DNA from: an uncultured Eubacterium sp.
GTDB taxonomy: Bacteria; Bacillota; Clostridia; Lachnospirales; Lachnospiraceae
Direction: 5' to 3'
Length of the DNA stretch: 63,335 nucleotides
Assembly: GCA_947090545.1 (NCBI GenBank)
Contig: CAMUPC010000001.1
Coordinates: forward strand, 1-63,335
Within the stretch, counting starts at the first letter, position 1; each line of letters begins with the position of its first letter. Position numbers and translations under genes: made by a program. The notes under the pieces were generated by a model. It was not told the DNA's origin. It saw only the letters and a list, made by a program, of their open reading frames with translations, and did no database searches. Positions 48,693 to 57,970 of this stretch are shown piece by piece.

Positions 48693-49745
48693 ATGAACGA
48701 TCAAGATCAAGAGTTTTACAGTCAATTTTTGCAGTTACTTTTAGTTACTGAAAATATGCAGCAGAGAATTTTGTCTTTGGAGAAAAGAAATGAGATTCTT
48801 ATTCAATCACAAAGGAAGATTACAGAGTGGGTGGATGATATGCTCTCAGATATTGAATGTTTTCAAGAAAATGTACAGTTTGAAATTATGGACGAAAGAA
48901 TGCTACAGAATGAACAAACATTTTGGTATCCGCAGATTGCATCCATTGAAGAGACAATGCACCGCCTGATTGAAGATAGGGCATCGATTGCTAGGTTCGG
49001 TGATGGAGAATTTGCAGCGATCCAAGGACGTATTCGTCATAAATTTCAGACTGTAATAAATGAAGAATTGAGAAATCGGTTAAAAGAAGTGTTAAGATCA
49101 AATGAAAATAATTTACTGATTGCAATTGCAGATAATTATGGAAGCTTGGAATCTTATACGCTTCAGGCAAAAAGGGAAATACGGCATTATATGAACAGAA
49201 ATGTGCGCAGAGAACATTTATCCTTACTAGACAGAAAAAGAATTTATCATAATGCTTATATTACGCGGCCCTATGTTATGTATGTAGATCATTGTACAAA
49301 TGCTCCAGCAATTCGTTTCGAGCAAATTAAAAAGATCTGGAATGGTAGAAGGTGTATTTTTGTAGAGGGAAGTATGACAGGGATGGGAGTTGGAAATGAC
49401 TTGTTTCAGAATGCGGAATCTATAAAAAGAATACTTGTGCCAGCAGAAAATGCATTTTCTAAGTATAAGCAAATATTGTCGGTTTGTTTACAACAACCTA
49501 AAACGAATTTGTTTTTATTGGCTTTGGGACCGACTGCAACAGTGCTTGCATATGATTTATATCAGGCAGGATATCAGGCAGTGGATGTTGGACATATTGA
49601 TTTGGAATATGAATGGTTTCTTAAAGGTGAGGGACACAGGACATCGGTAGACAGGAAATATAATAATGAAGTTGAAGGTGGTGAAAAACCTCAAGCAATA
49701 GAAGATAAAGATTATTTAAGTCAGATAATAGCAGACTTTTCATAG
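48693..49745 (+). CDS. GT-D fold glycosyltransferase (DUF1792-like)
   Basis: SIARFGDGEF, YITRPY, IFVEGS..GVGNDLF, LALGPTATVLAYDL, QAVDVGHIDLEYEW. Confidence 0.88.
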   Translation: MNDQDQEFYSQFLQLLLVTENMQQRILSLEKRNEILIQSQRKITEWVDDMLSDIECFQENVQFEIMDERMLQNEQTFWYPQIASIEETMHRLIEDRASIARFGDGEFAAIQGRIRHKFQTVINEELRNRLKEVLRSNENNLLIAIADNYGSLESYTLQAKREIRHYMNRNVRREHLSLLDRKRIYHNAYITRPYVMYVDHCTNAPAIRFEQIKKIWNGRRCIFVEGSMTGMGVGNDLFQNAESIKRILVPAENAFSKYKQILSVCLQQPKTNLFLLALGPTATVLAYDLYQAGYQAVDVGHIDLEYEWFLKGEGHRTSVDRKYNNEVEGGEKPQAIEDKDYLSQIIADFS

Positions 49746-49790
49746 ACGTTAGTTTGACAGAATTCTGTTATTGATTTATTTATACAAGAA

Positions 49791-50510
49791 ATGGAGAAAG
49801 AAGTTATGGTAGAGAGGGGAAATATAGCAGTAATTACAGCTCGAAGCGGATCAAAAGGATTAAAAGATAAAAATATAAAATTATTGAATGGAAAACCCCT
49901 ACTTGCATATTCTATTGAAGCTGCTAAGAAGTCAGGCTGCTTTGATTGTATTCATGTTTCGACTGACAATCAAGAGTATGCTAGGATAGCAGAAAAGTAT
50001 GGGGCGGAGGTTCCGTTTTTAAGAGAGAGGGAGTTGGCTTCGGATACGGCAGATTGTTGGGATGCAGTACGTTTTGTTCTTCGTAAATATGAGCAGGAAG
50101 GACAGCATTTTGAACGTGTTATGCTTTTGCAGCCTACATCACCGCTTCGTAATGCAGAGGATATTAAAAATTCATTTTTATTGATGAAAGAAAAAAAGTC
50201 ATCGGCAGTGATTGGAGTATGTGAAATGGAACATACGCCGCTTTGGAGTAATGTTTTACCGGAAGATAAAAATATGAAAGGTTTTCAGAAACCAGAATAT
50301 GAGATTCCCAGGCAGCAGCTTCCTGTTTATTATCGTATTAATGGGGCAATTTATCTTGTGAATACAGATTTTTTAATGAAATGTGGAAATTTATATGATC
50401 AGGATTCTTATGCGTATATTATGCCTAAAGAACGATCTGTCGACATAGATAGCATATTGGATTTCTTTCTTGTTGAGACATATTTAAAAAAGAATATTTC
50501 TAATGTTTAG
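49791..50510 (+). CDS. neuA: CMP-nonulosonate synthetase (NeuA/LegF)
   Basis: ITARSGSKGLKDKNI, VSTD, GAEVPFLR, LLQPTSPLR, NGAIY, SVDIDS. Confidence 0.95.
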   Translation: MEKEVMVERGNIAVITARSGSKGLKDKNIKLLNGKPLLAYSIEAAKKSGCFDCIHVSTDNQEYARIAEKYGAEVPFLRERELASDTADCWDAVRFVLRKYEQEGQHFERVMLLQPTSPLRNAEDIKNSFLLMKEKKSSAVIGVCEMEHTPLWSNVLPEDKNMKGFQKPEYEIPRQQLPVYYRINGAIYLVNTDFLMKCGNLYDQDSYAYIMPKERSVDIDSILDFFLVETYLKKNISNV

Positions 50511-50570
50511 AACAGAATTAGATATTAATTTTAAGAAAATAAAACTGCTTATTTAATAAAGAAGGAGAAA

Positions 50571-51611
50571 TTGAAAATGAAAAGAGTTTCTTTGTTTGGA
50601 ATTGGATCAGAGGCAGTGGCTATACTAAAAGAGTTTTATTCTTTGTATTGGTGTACTGTTCAAGTTGATTCAGTGTTTTTTAACGATAGCCAATATTGGG
50701 GGATGAATTTTACGCCGGATATTTGTATTGAGAGGCCATCAGAAATAATAAGTCATCATTTTGATAAGCTTATCATTTGTGCGGTTTCAGAATATAAAGA
50801 GGCGGTAATTTCTCTATTGACAGAAAAACTTGGTGTAGAAGAAGAGAAGATTGTTACTTATTATGAATGGTTAGAAGTTAATGTTGGTATGCATAATATT
50901 GATTGGGAGGATATACATAGTTCACGGGATATTCTTGGTAAATTACAGCAGTGTACAGCGTTAAATGACCTTGAGGATTTTTACTACAATCAAACACATC
51001 GTGAGATGACTAAATATTTACATTATTTTGAGGTATATGACAGGCATTTCAAAAAATACCGAAATACAGATTGTGTTGTAGTTGAGATTGGCATTTGTAA
51101 GGGTGGTTCATTACAGATGTGGAAAAATTATTTTGGCGAAAAGGCAAAGATCATTGGAATTGATATAGATGAATCTACTTTAGCATTTGAGGAAGATCAG
51201 GTTAAAGTTGAAATAGGATCTCAGTCAGACCAGAAATTTTGGAAAAAATTTAAAGAAAAATATCCAAGAGTAGATATTTTGATTGACGATGGCGGACATA
51301 CTATGGAGCAACAAATCGTAACTTTTGAAGAAATGTTTAGTTATATATCAGAGAACGGTATCTATTTATGTGAAGATATGCATACGTCGTATTGGTATAA
51401 TTTCGGGGGAGGTTATAAAGAACCAACGTCTTATATAGAGTATACTAAAAATTTTGTTGACTATATAAATGCATGGTATAATCCCAATATTAATGAGGAT
51501 AATATATTTACGCACACGATGCATAGCTTGCATTATTATGATAGCATGTTAGTAATTGAAAAAAGAAAGATGAAACGATCTATTTGTATTACAACGGGAA
51601 ATGGTGACTGA
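50571..51611 (+). CDS. Class I SAM methyltransferase (sugar O-methyltransferase-like)
   Basis: KYLHYFEVYDRHF, VEIGICKGGSLQMW, IIGIDI, GSQSD, DILIDDGGH, GIYLCEDMHTSYW. Confidence 0.85.
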   Translation: MKMKRVSLFGIGSEAVAILKEFYSLYWCTVQVDSVFFNDSQYWGMNFTPDICIERPSEIISHHFDKLIICAVSEYKEAVISLLTEKLGVEEEKIVTYYEWLEVNVGMHNIDWEDIHSSRDILGKLQQCTALNDLEDFYYNQTHREMTKYLHYFEVYDRHFKKYRNTDCVVVEIGICKGGSLQMWKNYFGEKAKIIGIDIDESTLAFEEDQVKVEIGSQSDQKFWKKFKEKYPRVDILIDDGGHTMEQQIVTFEEMFSYISENGIYLCEDMHTSYWYNFGGGYKEPTSYIEYTKNFVDYINAWYNPNINEDNIFTHTMHSLHYYDSMLVIEKRKMKRSICITTGNGD

Positions 51612-51667
51612 AGATCGTGCAGATTTTTATTCCCCATTTTGTATATTTGGACATTTTGGATGTTTTA

Positions 51668-51698
51668 AAGCCTGCGTTGTTTGTACGCAGGCTTATTA
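51668..51698. terminator. Stem-loop terminator
   Basis: AAGCCTGCGT-TGTTTGT-ACGCAGGCTT. Confidence 0.6.
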
Positions 51699-51948
51699 GG
51701 TTTGCAGAGAAATGAGATGTAAGCGTTAATAGTGAGTACCGCTTATGATAAAAATGAATATGTAAAACAAATGCTATAAATATACAGTTAGATATTTTTT
51801 CGGATTTGTATATCGGAGAAAATGGTAAAAGCAGTTGAATTCATAGATAGTTTCGTGTAGTATATATATGAGCAGTACTAAGTATTTATGCTAACACCGT
51901 AAATTTGACGTATATGATGATTAAGTTTTACATGTGAGGAAAATATAT

Positions 51949-53427
51949 ATGATAGACTTTGCAAAACTTCTAATAGAAAATTTAGATGATTATAATCAAT
52001 TGCTGGATATCATTGATGATACGCATATTGATGATGGGGTAATTTGGTATTTAAAAGAATATATTGGTATAAAATGTAAAGCTATGTTGATTGAATATCC
52101 GTATTATGAGAAAGATTATCTTAGTACATATTATAGTTTTTATTCTAAACAACATGGAGAACATTCAAAATTATGTTTTAGATTGCATTTTTTCGGCGAA
52201 TTAGAGGAAACTGAAAATAAGCGTATATATTATGGATATATTTCTTTGAGAGAAGGAATTAAGGATTCTAAAATAGGTAAGTCATATTTGTCACCTAAAT
52301 TATTATTACGAAAAGATGAGGAAGCATATTTAATGTTGGATGAATTTTCAGCAGATGTATATGGGGAGAGATTAGTGGTGAAAGCATTTCCGTGGATGAA
52401 GCAAGAGACGGATATTTCAGTTTGTGCTCATGTGGCGATGTGGAGTATTCTAAGATACTATGGAAATAGGTTCAAGGGGCATAGAGATACCGTTATGGGT
52501 GAAATAGTTGAATTGGTACAAAATGAAAAAGGGAGAAAAATACCATCGAGAGGGCTTACACCAGATCAAATTGTTGATACTTTAGATTTATATAATTTTT
52601 CACCAGTTTTGCTTGGAGACGAATATCATGAGTTACATTATTTTATAAATGAAATAATAGCTTATATTGAGTCAGGTATTCCGGTTGTGGCAACAATGAA
52701 CAGAAAAAAACATGCGATTACATTGTTTGGGCACGGCAAGGTTAATTATGATATTTTAAACGAGAGGGAATCTGAATGGGAATATCTGAAAGAACCTGAA
52801 AGTAATATTATATTGCATTCATCTCTAATATCTACGGTGTATGCGATTGATGATAATCATTTTCCATATAGACAGGTAGATCCACAAATACCTTTTACAG
52901 ATCGAAAGATAGATTATTCATTAGGGGAGATAAATTATATAATCGTTCCATATTGTCAGAAAGTATTGTTAGGATTTAATGAAGTTTATGAGAAATTTAT
53001 GGGAATAGTGAGAACGAAAGCAATGGAGTGGAGAGGAACAAGAATATGCCGTATTTATTTAACTAGTTCTAATTCTTTTAAGGAAAAATGCGCAACAAAT
53101 AATTTAATGAATGAGGAGTTAAAAAAGAGGATTTTTTTGATGGATATGCCTAAATTTATTTGGTGTATGGATTTGGCCACAATAGCGGAGAGCAGAGAAG
53201 GATTAATGTCTGGTAGGATTATTGCAGATTCTACGGTTGGTACACGTGATGAAAATCCATGGTTGCTAATGCATAATGAACAGTCGATTTATATGGTGGA
53301 ATATGATAAAAATTTGAAATATATACAATGTGAAATTAGTCCATATTATATTTATGAAAATAATTTACAAGATATTAAAAAAGTAAAAGAATACCGTACA
53401 TCTGTTTGGGAGGATATATATGCTTAA
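51949..53427 (+). CDS. Hypothetical protein with a putative papain-like (C39-like) Cys-His-Asp peptidase domain
   Basis: FPWMKQETDISVCAHVAMWSIL (Gln...Cys), SGIPVV...HAITLFGH (His), YAIDDNHFPY (Asp). Confidence 0.6.
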   Translation: MIDFAKLLIENLDDYNQLLDIIDDTHIDDGVIWYLKEYIGIKCKAMLIEYPYYEKDYLSTYYSFYSKQHGEHSKLCFRLHFFGELEETENKRIYYGYISLREGIKDSKIGKSYLSPKLLLRKDEEAYLMLDEFSADVYGERLVVKAFPWMKQETDISVCAHVAMWSILRYYGNRFKGHRDTVMGEIVELVQNEKGRKIPSRGLTPDQIVDTLDLYNFSPVLLGDEYHELHYFINEIIAYIESGIPVVATMNRKKHAITLFGHGKVNYDILNERESEWEYLKEPESNIILHSSLISTVYAIDDNHFPYRQVDPQIPFTDRKIDYSLGEINYIIVPYCQKVLLGFNEVYEKFMGIVRTKAMEWRGTRICRIYLTSSNSFKEKCATNNLMNEELKKRIFLMDMPKFIWCMDLATIAESREGLMSGRIIADSTVGTRDENPWLLMHNEQSIYMVEYDKNLKYIQCEISPYYIYENNLQDIKKVKEYRTSVWEDIYA

Positions 53428-54019
53428 TTTGGCAATCTATGATTTTTTAGAAAAAATGGTTAGTGAAAGTGAAGAGGAATTGGAAGAATACCGCAGATTA
53501 TGTGGTTGCGATAACGATACGGTAAAATTAGGGATTAATTCATTGCAAAGTGTTATTAGAAGTTCCGTAATAGAGGAGCAGCAAAATGATCCAATGTATT
53601 CGCATGTTTTTTATCGAAAATCGGGATATGAAAGTATCAAATTAGGAAATCTCAAATTTGACATAGAAAATATTTCTTCGTTGTTGGTAAATGTGAAAGG
53701 AATTATGACAAATGATAAGTGTGCAATTTTTCTTTCTGTTTTTTCTATTTTGGCAAAATTGAAAAATTTGAAAGTAGTTTTATCTCCGGCAATGGGTATA
53801 GTTGTGTCATTTTTATATAAGAATAGTTATGAGAAAAGATATGGAAAAATGGTAGACGAAGAAGATATGAGAGAAAAAGTTAGAAGTGATTTTGAAAATA
53901 TTTTTGGTAACTTGGATTTAAAAAAAGAAATAGGTGTAGCTGTAAATAATTTAGCTAAATTAGGCGTCATTGAGATCATAGGTGGTAAAATCTGGCTTAT
54001 AGAAGAAGTTAGCATATAA
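53420..54019 (+). CDS. Hypothetical protein with a possible C-terminal winged helix
   Basis: Overlaps the upstream stop; RBS GGGAGG; C-terminal AVNNLAKLGVIEIIGGKIWLIEEV helix-wing pattern. Confidence 0.6.
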   Translation: MLNLAIYDFLEKMVSESEEELEEYRRLCGCDNDTVKLGINSLQSVIRSSVIEEQQNDPMYSHVFYRKSGYESIKLGNLKFDIENISSLLVNVKGIMTNDKCAIFLSVFSILAKLKNLKVVLSPAMGIVVSFLYKNSYEKRYGKMVDEEDMREKVRSDFENIFGNLDLKKEIGVAVNNLAKLGVIEIIGGKIWLIEEVSI

Positions 54020-54023
54020 TGGT

Positions 54024-54051
54024 ACATGCCTAAGTAAAAACTTAGACATGT
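54024..54051. terminator. Hairpin between convergent genes
   Basis: ACATGCCTAAGT-AAAA-ACTTAGACATGT. Confidence 0.55.
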
Positions 54052-54242
54052 TATTTAGTCGCATAATATGAGGCATGACTATTAGAAGCAACATAAATCT
54101 GATTATTACGTGAAATTTGCTCACTTGCAACCTGAGAAGCAGTTGAAAGGGTTTTTGCAGTTTGTTCTGGTAATATAGTAGATTTTATGGAAAAGCTTTT
54201 TTCTGATGCTCGGGATGAGGACAGTTTTTTTGTTTGTGCCAT
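54051..54242 (-). CDS. 63-aa Ser/Thr/Ala-rich small protein
   Basis: AGGAGG RBS 7 nt before the ATG, its own promoter upstream and a hairpin right at the stop. Confidence 0.65.
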   Translation of the reverse strand: MAQTKKLSSSRASEKSFSIKSTILPEQTAKTLSTASQVASEQISRNNQIYVASNSHASYYATK

Positions 54243-54281
54243 TGGTTTTCCTCCTAAAATTGTTAATTGCGTACTTTTGAT

Positions 54282-54310
54282 ATTATACTATATTATATGA
54301 GAAAATACAA
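54282..54310 (-). promoter_or_regulatory. Sigma-A promoter of the small ORF
   Basis: TTGTAT-N17-TATAAT on the minus strand. Confidence 0.6.
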
Positions 54311-54460
54311 GATAAATGCTACAAAAAGTTGTTAAAAGTTATTTAAAATATGTGGAATAGTTATTGGAATATAGGAAATTTCGCAAAATACATGTATTTT
54401 GTATGAAAACATGTTATAGTATTAGCAATGATATAAATGGTAAAGGAGTAAAATATTCAT

Positions 54461-55441
54461 ATGAAAAAAGTATTAGTAACCGGAGCCGACGGTTTCATCG
54501 GCAGCCATTTAACAGAAAGTTTATTAGAAAAAGGTTATAAAGTAAAAGCGTTTTCTTATTACAATTCCTTCAACACCTGGGGCTGGCTGGATACGCTGCC
54601 TAAGGAAAAGTTGCGAGAGATTGAAATATTTACAGGTGATATTCGTGATTCTAATGGTGTGAGGACTGCATTGCGCGGTGTGGATATGGTATTTCATCTC
54701 GCTGCATTGATTGCGATTCCTTTTAGTTATCATTCACCAGATTCCTATGTTGATACAAATATAAAAGGCACATTAAATGTCCTGCAGGCGGCAAGGGATC
54801 TGGATTTGGAACGCGTATTGGTGACTTCTACTTCTGAGGTTTATGGTACAGCACAATATGTGCCAATTGATGAAAAGCATCCATTTCAGGGACAATCCCC
54901 ATATTCAGCTACAAAAATTGGGGCGGATCGGCTTGCCGAGAGTTTTTACCGAAGCTTTGAAACACCAGTATCTATTGTGCGTCCATTTAATACGTACGGA
55001 CCAAGGCAGTCAGCGAGAGCAGTGATTCCTACGATTATCACGCAGTTGCTGGCTGGACAGACAGATATTAAGCTGGGAGCTTTAACGCCAACCAGAGATT
55101 TTAATTATGTAAAGGATACAGCAGCAGGATTTATTGCGATTGCAGAATCTGATCGAACAATTGGCGAGGAGATTAACATTGCAACGCAGCAGGAGATTTC
55201 GATTGGTAGCCTTGCAAAAGAGATTATTGGGCAGATTAACCCGAATGCCAGGATTATATGTGAAGAAGAGCGTCTGCGTCCACAGAAGAGCGAGGTAAAT
55301 CGGTTGCTTGGCTCAAATGAAAAAATAAAAAAATTGACAGACTGGGAACAGCAGTATACGTTTGCACAGGGGATTGCAGAGACGATAGCCTGGCTGCGTG
55401 AACATATGGAGTATTATAAGACAGACATCTATAATATTTGA
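54461..55441 (+). CDS. legB: NAD-dependent 4,6-dehydratase, LegB-type
   Basis: VTGADGFIGSHL, YYNSFNTWGWLD, HLAALIAIPFSY, TSTSEVYG, SPYSATK, RPFNTYGPRQSARAVIP. Confidence 0.88.
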   Translation: MKKVLVTGADGFIGSHLTESLLEKGYKVKAFSYYNSFNTWGWLDTLPKEKLREIEIFTGDIRDSNGVRTALRGVDMVFHLAALIAIPFSYHSPDSYVDTNIKGTLNVLQAARDLDLERVLVTSTSEVYGTAQYVPIDEKHPFQGQSPYSATKIGADRLAESFYRSFETPVSIVRPFNTYGPRQSARAVIPTIITQLLAGQTDIKLGALTPTRDFNYVKDTAAGFIAIAESDRTIGEEINIATQQEISIGSLAKEIIGQINPNARIICEEERLRPQKSEVNRLLGSNEKIKKLTDWEQQYTFAQGIAETIAWLREHMEYYKTDIYNI

Positions 55442-55548
55442 TGGAAAGTTGTCCGAAATATAAAGAGAGCATTGCTATAGAAGTCTTGCAATAGATAAGG
55501 CTGAATGATATTAGATGAAAATATCCAGAAGAAAACAGGAGGCGAAAT

Positions 55549-56730
55549 ATGGATCATTTCATACCACTGTCTGTTCCTAATTTTGAGGGCAATGAATCAA
55601 AGTATGTCAATGACGCACTGGATCAGGGGTGGGTTTCAACTGGCGGTGCTTATATTCGTGCATTGGAGCAAAAAATGTCTGATTTTTTGCAAGCAGAGCA
55701 AACGGCTGCATGTCAGAGTGGTACAGCGGCGCTTCATTTGTCTTTAATTGCATGTAATGTCCTTCCAGGAGATTTGGTTATTGTGCCTACATTAACATTT
55801 ATTGCGGCAGTGAATCCGGTGAAATATCAGTTTGCAGATCCGATCTTCATAGACTGCGATGATAGCTTATGCATAGACCCGGTAAAACTGGAACAGTTTT
55901 GCCGGGAAGAGTGTGAAAAGACAGAAGCAGGATTGTGGCATAAGGAAACGGGCAGGCAGATAAAAGCCGTGATTGCCGTCCATGTATTTGGAAATCTGGC
56001 TGATATGGAAGCGATTATGAGAATTGCAGATATGTATGGGCTGTATGTGATTGAAGATGCGACTGAAGCGCTAGGAACAAAGTATGTGGAGGGAAGATAC
56101 GCTGGGAAATATGCAGGAACGATTGGTGATTTTGGAGCATTTTCTTTTAATGGCAACAAAATTATTACTACTGGAGGCGGTGGTGCTGTTACTGCAAGAA
56201 AGACAGAGGATGTAGAGTATCTGCGGTATTTATCTACACAGGCGAAGGATGATTCGCATTATTATATTCATCATGAGATAGGGTATAATTATCGCATGAC
56301 GAATTTGCAGGCAGCTCTTGGGGTAGCGCAGATGGAGGAGTTGCCGGAATTTATTCGGAGAAAACAGCGAAATTATCAGCTTTACAGAGAGCTTTTTGAT
56401 GAGTTTTCATTGGGGCGGCTGTTATCATTTCGGGATGGTACAATTGCAAATAAGTGGTTTTATTCGCTGGAAATTGAAATAGAACGAATCGAGGGTGAAT
56501 TACATGATATCATAGAGCATTTACATGATAAAGGTATTCAAACGCGTCCAATATGGGGGTTAATTCATGAACAAAAACCATATGAGGGGGCAGTTACTTA
56601 TTATATTGAGCGGGCGATACATTACAGTCGGCGTATATTGAATCTTCCATGCAGTACACAGTTGAAAGAGGATGAGATTCGATATGTGGCACAGACTGTT
56701 ATGGAAGTATTATCAGCAGGTGTATTGTAG
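55549..56730 (+). CDS. legC: PLP-dependent aminotransferase, LegC-type
   Basis: FIPLSVPNF, WVST.G, SGTAALH, IEDATEALG, FSFNGNKIITTGGGG, GYNYRMTNLQAA. Confidence 0.88.
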   Translation: MDHFIPLSVPNFEGNESKYVNDALDQGWVSTGGAYIRALEQKMSDFLQAEQTAACQSGTAALHLSLIACNVLPGDLVIVPTLTFIAAVNPVKYQFADPIFIDCDDSLCIDPVKLEQFCREECEKTEAGLWHKETGRQIKAVIAVHVFGNLADMEAIMRIADMYGLYVIEDATEALGTKYVEGRYAGKYAGTIGDFGAFSFNGNKIITTGGGGAVTARKTEDVEYLRYLSTQAKDDSHYYIHHEIGYNYRMTNLQAALGVAQMEELPEFIRRKQRNYQLYRELFDEFSLGRLLSFRDGTIANKWFYSLEIEIERIEGELHDIIEHLHDKGIQTRPIWGLIHEQKPYEGAVTYYIERAIHYSRRILNLPCSTQLKEDEIRYVAQTVMEVLSAGVL

Positions 56731-56733
56731 ATA

Positions 56734-56826
56734 ATGCCAAGGAAGGCATAATGAAAAGCGAAGGAAGTCAGGAAGACGACAGAGGAAATGGAAAATCCTC
56801 TGATAGCGAAGGAAGTCAAGGAGGAC
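56734..56826 (+). promoter_or_regulatory. GGA-loop hairpin array (putative multi-site CsrA target)
   Basis: 8 GGA in ~93 nt; hairpins ATGCC-AAGGAA-GGCAT, GTC-AGGAA-GAC and CAGAGGA-AATGGAAAA-TCCTCTG. Confidence 0.5.
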
Positions 56827-56830
56827 AATC

Positions 56831-57910
56831 ATGAATAGTGAACAGTTGCAAGGGTTTCTGTCACCAGGAAACATTACCGTTGTAGAAGCTATGCAGAAGA
56901 TTGATGCGAATGCAAAAGGTATTTTATTTATTGTAGATGAAGTACGCAGGCTTGAAGGAGTAGTTACAGATGGAGATATCCGTCGATGGATTATTAAAAC
57001 AGCGAACCTGCAGCAGCGTATATCAGAGATGATGAATAAATCTCCTAAATATATATGTCTAAAGGAAATCCACACAGCGTTAGAATATATGGAACGGATG
57101 CAGATTAATGTTCTGCCCGTATTAGATCCATCTGGTAAAGTGGCAGATGTGATGATTCGGGATAAAAGTGGTAGTATTAACATACCAAGGCTGGAAAAAC
57201 GTCTGTTAAATTGTGTTGATGTTGTAATTATGGCCGGCGGAAAAGGAACGCGTTTATATCCTTTTACAAAAATTTTACCCAAGCCTCTGATTCCGATTGG
57301 AGATGTTCCGATCATGGAGCGAATTATTGGCCGTTTTTGTGATTATGGGGTAAAGCATTTCATCGCAACTTTAAATTATCGTAAGACAATGATACGTTCT
57401 TATTTTGCAGATTTAATGACGAATTATCATATGGACTATATAGAAGAGAATAAACCGCTTGGGACGGCGGGAAGCCTAAGGCTGATAAATAAATCATTTA
57501 AAAGTCCTTTTATTGTTACGAATTGTGATATTTTGATAGATGCTGATTATACGGATATATACAAGCATCACTGTGATTCTGGAAATGTACTTACGATTGT
57601 GACTGCGTTGAAAAATATTATCGTTCCATATGGCGTAGTGAATGCAAGGGAAAACGCCATTATAGATTCTATGGAAGAAAAACCGAAGATGTCATATTTT
57701 GTTAATACAGGCATGTATGTATTGAATCCAGAGCTGATGGACTGGATTCCTGAAGATAAGTTTTATCATATGACTGATCTTGCAGATGATTTGTTGAAGC
57801 ATGGAAAGCAAGTAGGAATGTATCCGATAAGTGAAGATTCTTTTTTGGATATGGGAGAATTTGAAGAAATGCGGCGGATGGAACAAAAGTTAAATTTAAA
57901 AGCAGAGTGA
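56831..57910 (+). CDS. CBS-domain sugar-phosphate nucleotidyltransferase (PtmE-like)
   Basis: CBS pair (GVVTDGDIRR), then MAGGKGTRLYPFTKILPKPL, PLGTAG, VTNCD, VNTGMY. Confidence 0.88.
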   Translation: MNSEQLQGFLSPGNITVVEAMQKIDANAKGILFIVDEVRRLEGVVTDGDIRRWIIKTANLQQRISEMMNKSPKYICLKEIHTALEYMERMQINVLPVLDPSGKVADVMIRDKSGSINIPRLEKRLLNCVDVVIMAGGKGTRLYPFTKILPKPLIPIGDVPIMERIIGRFCDYGVKHFIATLNYRKTMIRSYFADLMTNYHMDYIEENKPLGTAGSLRLINKSFKSPFIVTNCDILIDADYTDIYKHHCDSGNVLTIVTALKNIIVPYGVVNARENAIIDSMEEKPKMSYFVNTGMYVLNPELMDWIPEDKFYHMTDLADDLLKHGKQVGMYPISEDSFLDMGEFEEMRRMEQKLNLKAE

Positions 57911-57970
57911 TACCTGAACGAAAGACAAGCTGATGTTGATAGGTAGTTTATGAGGAAGGGAGGTAGTTAG

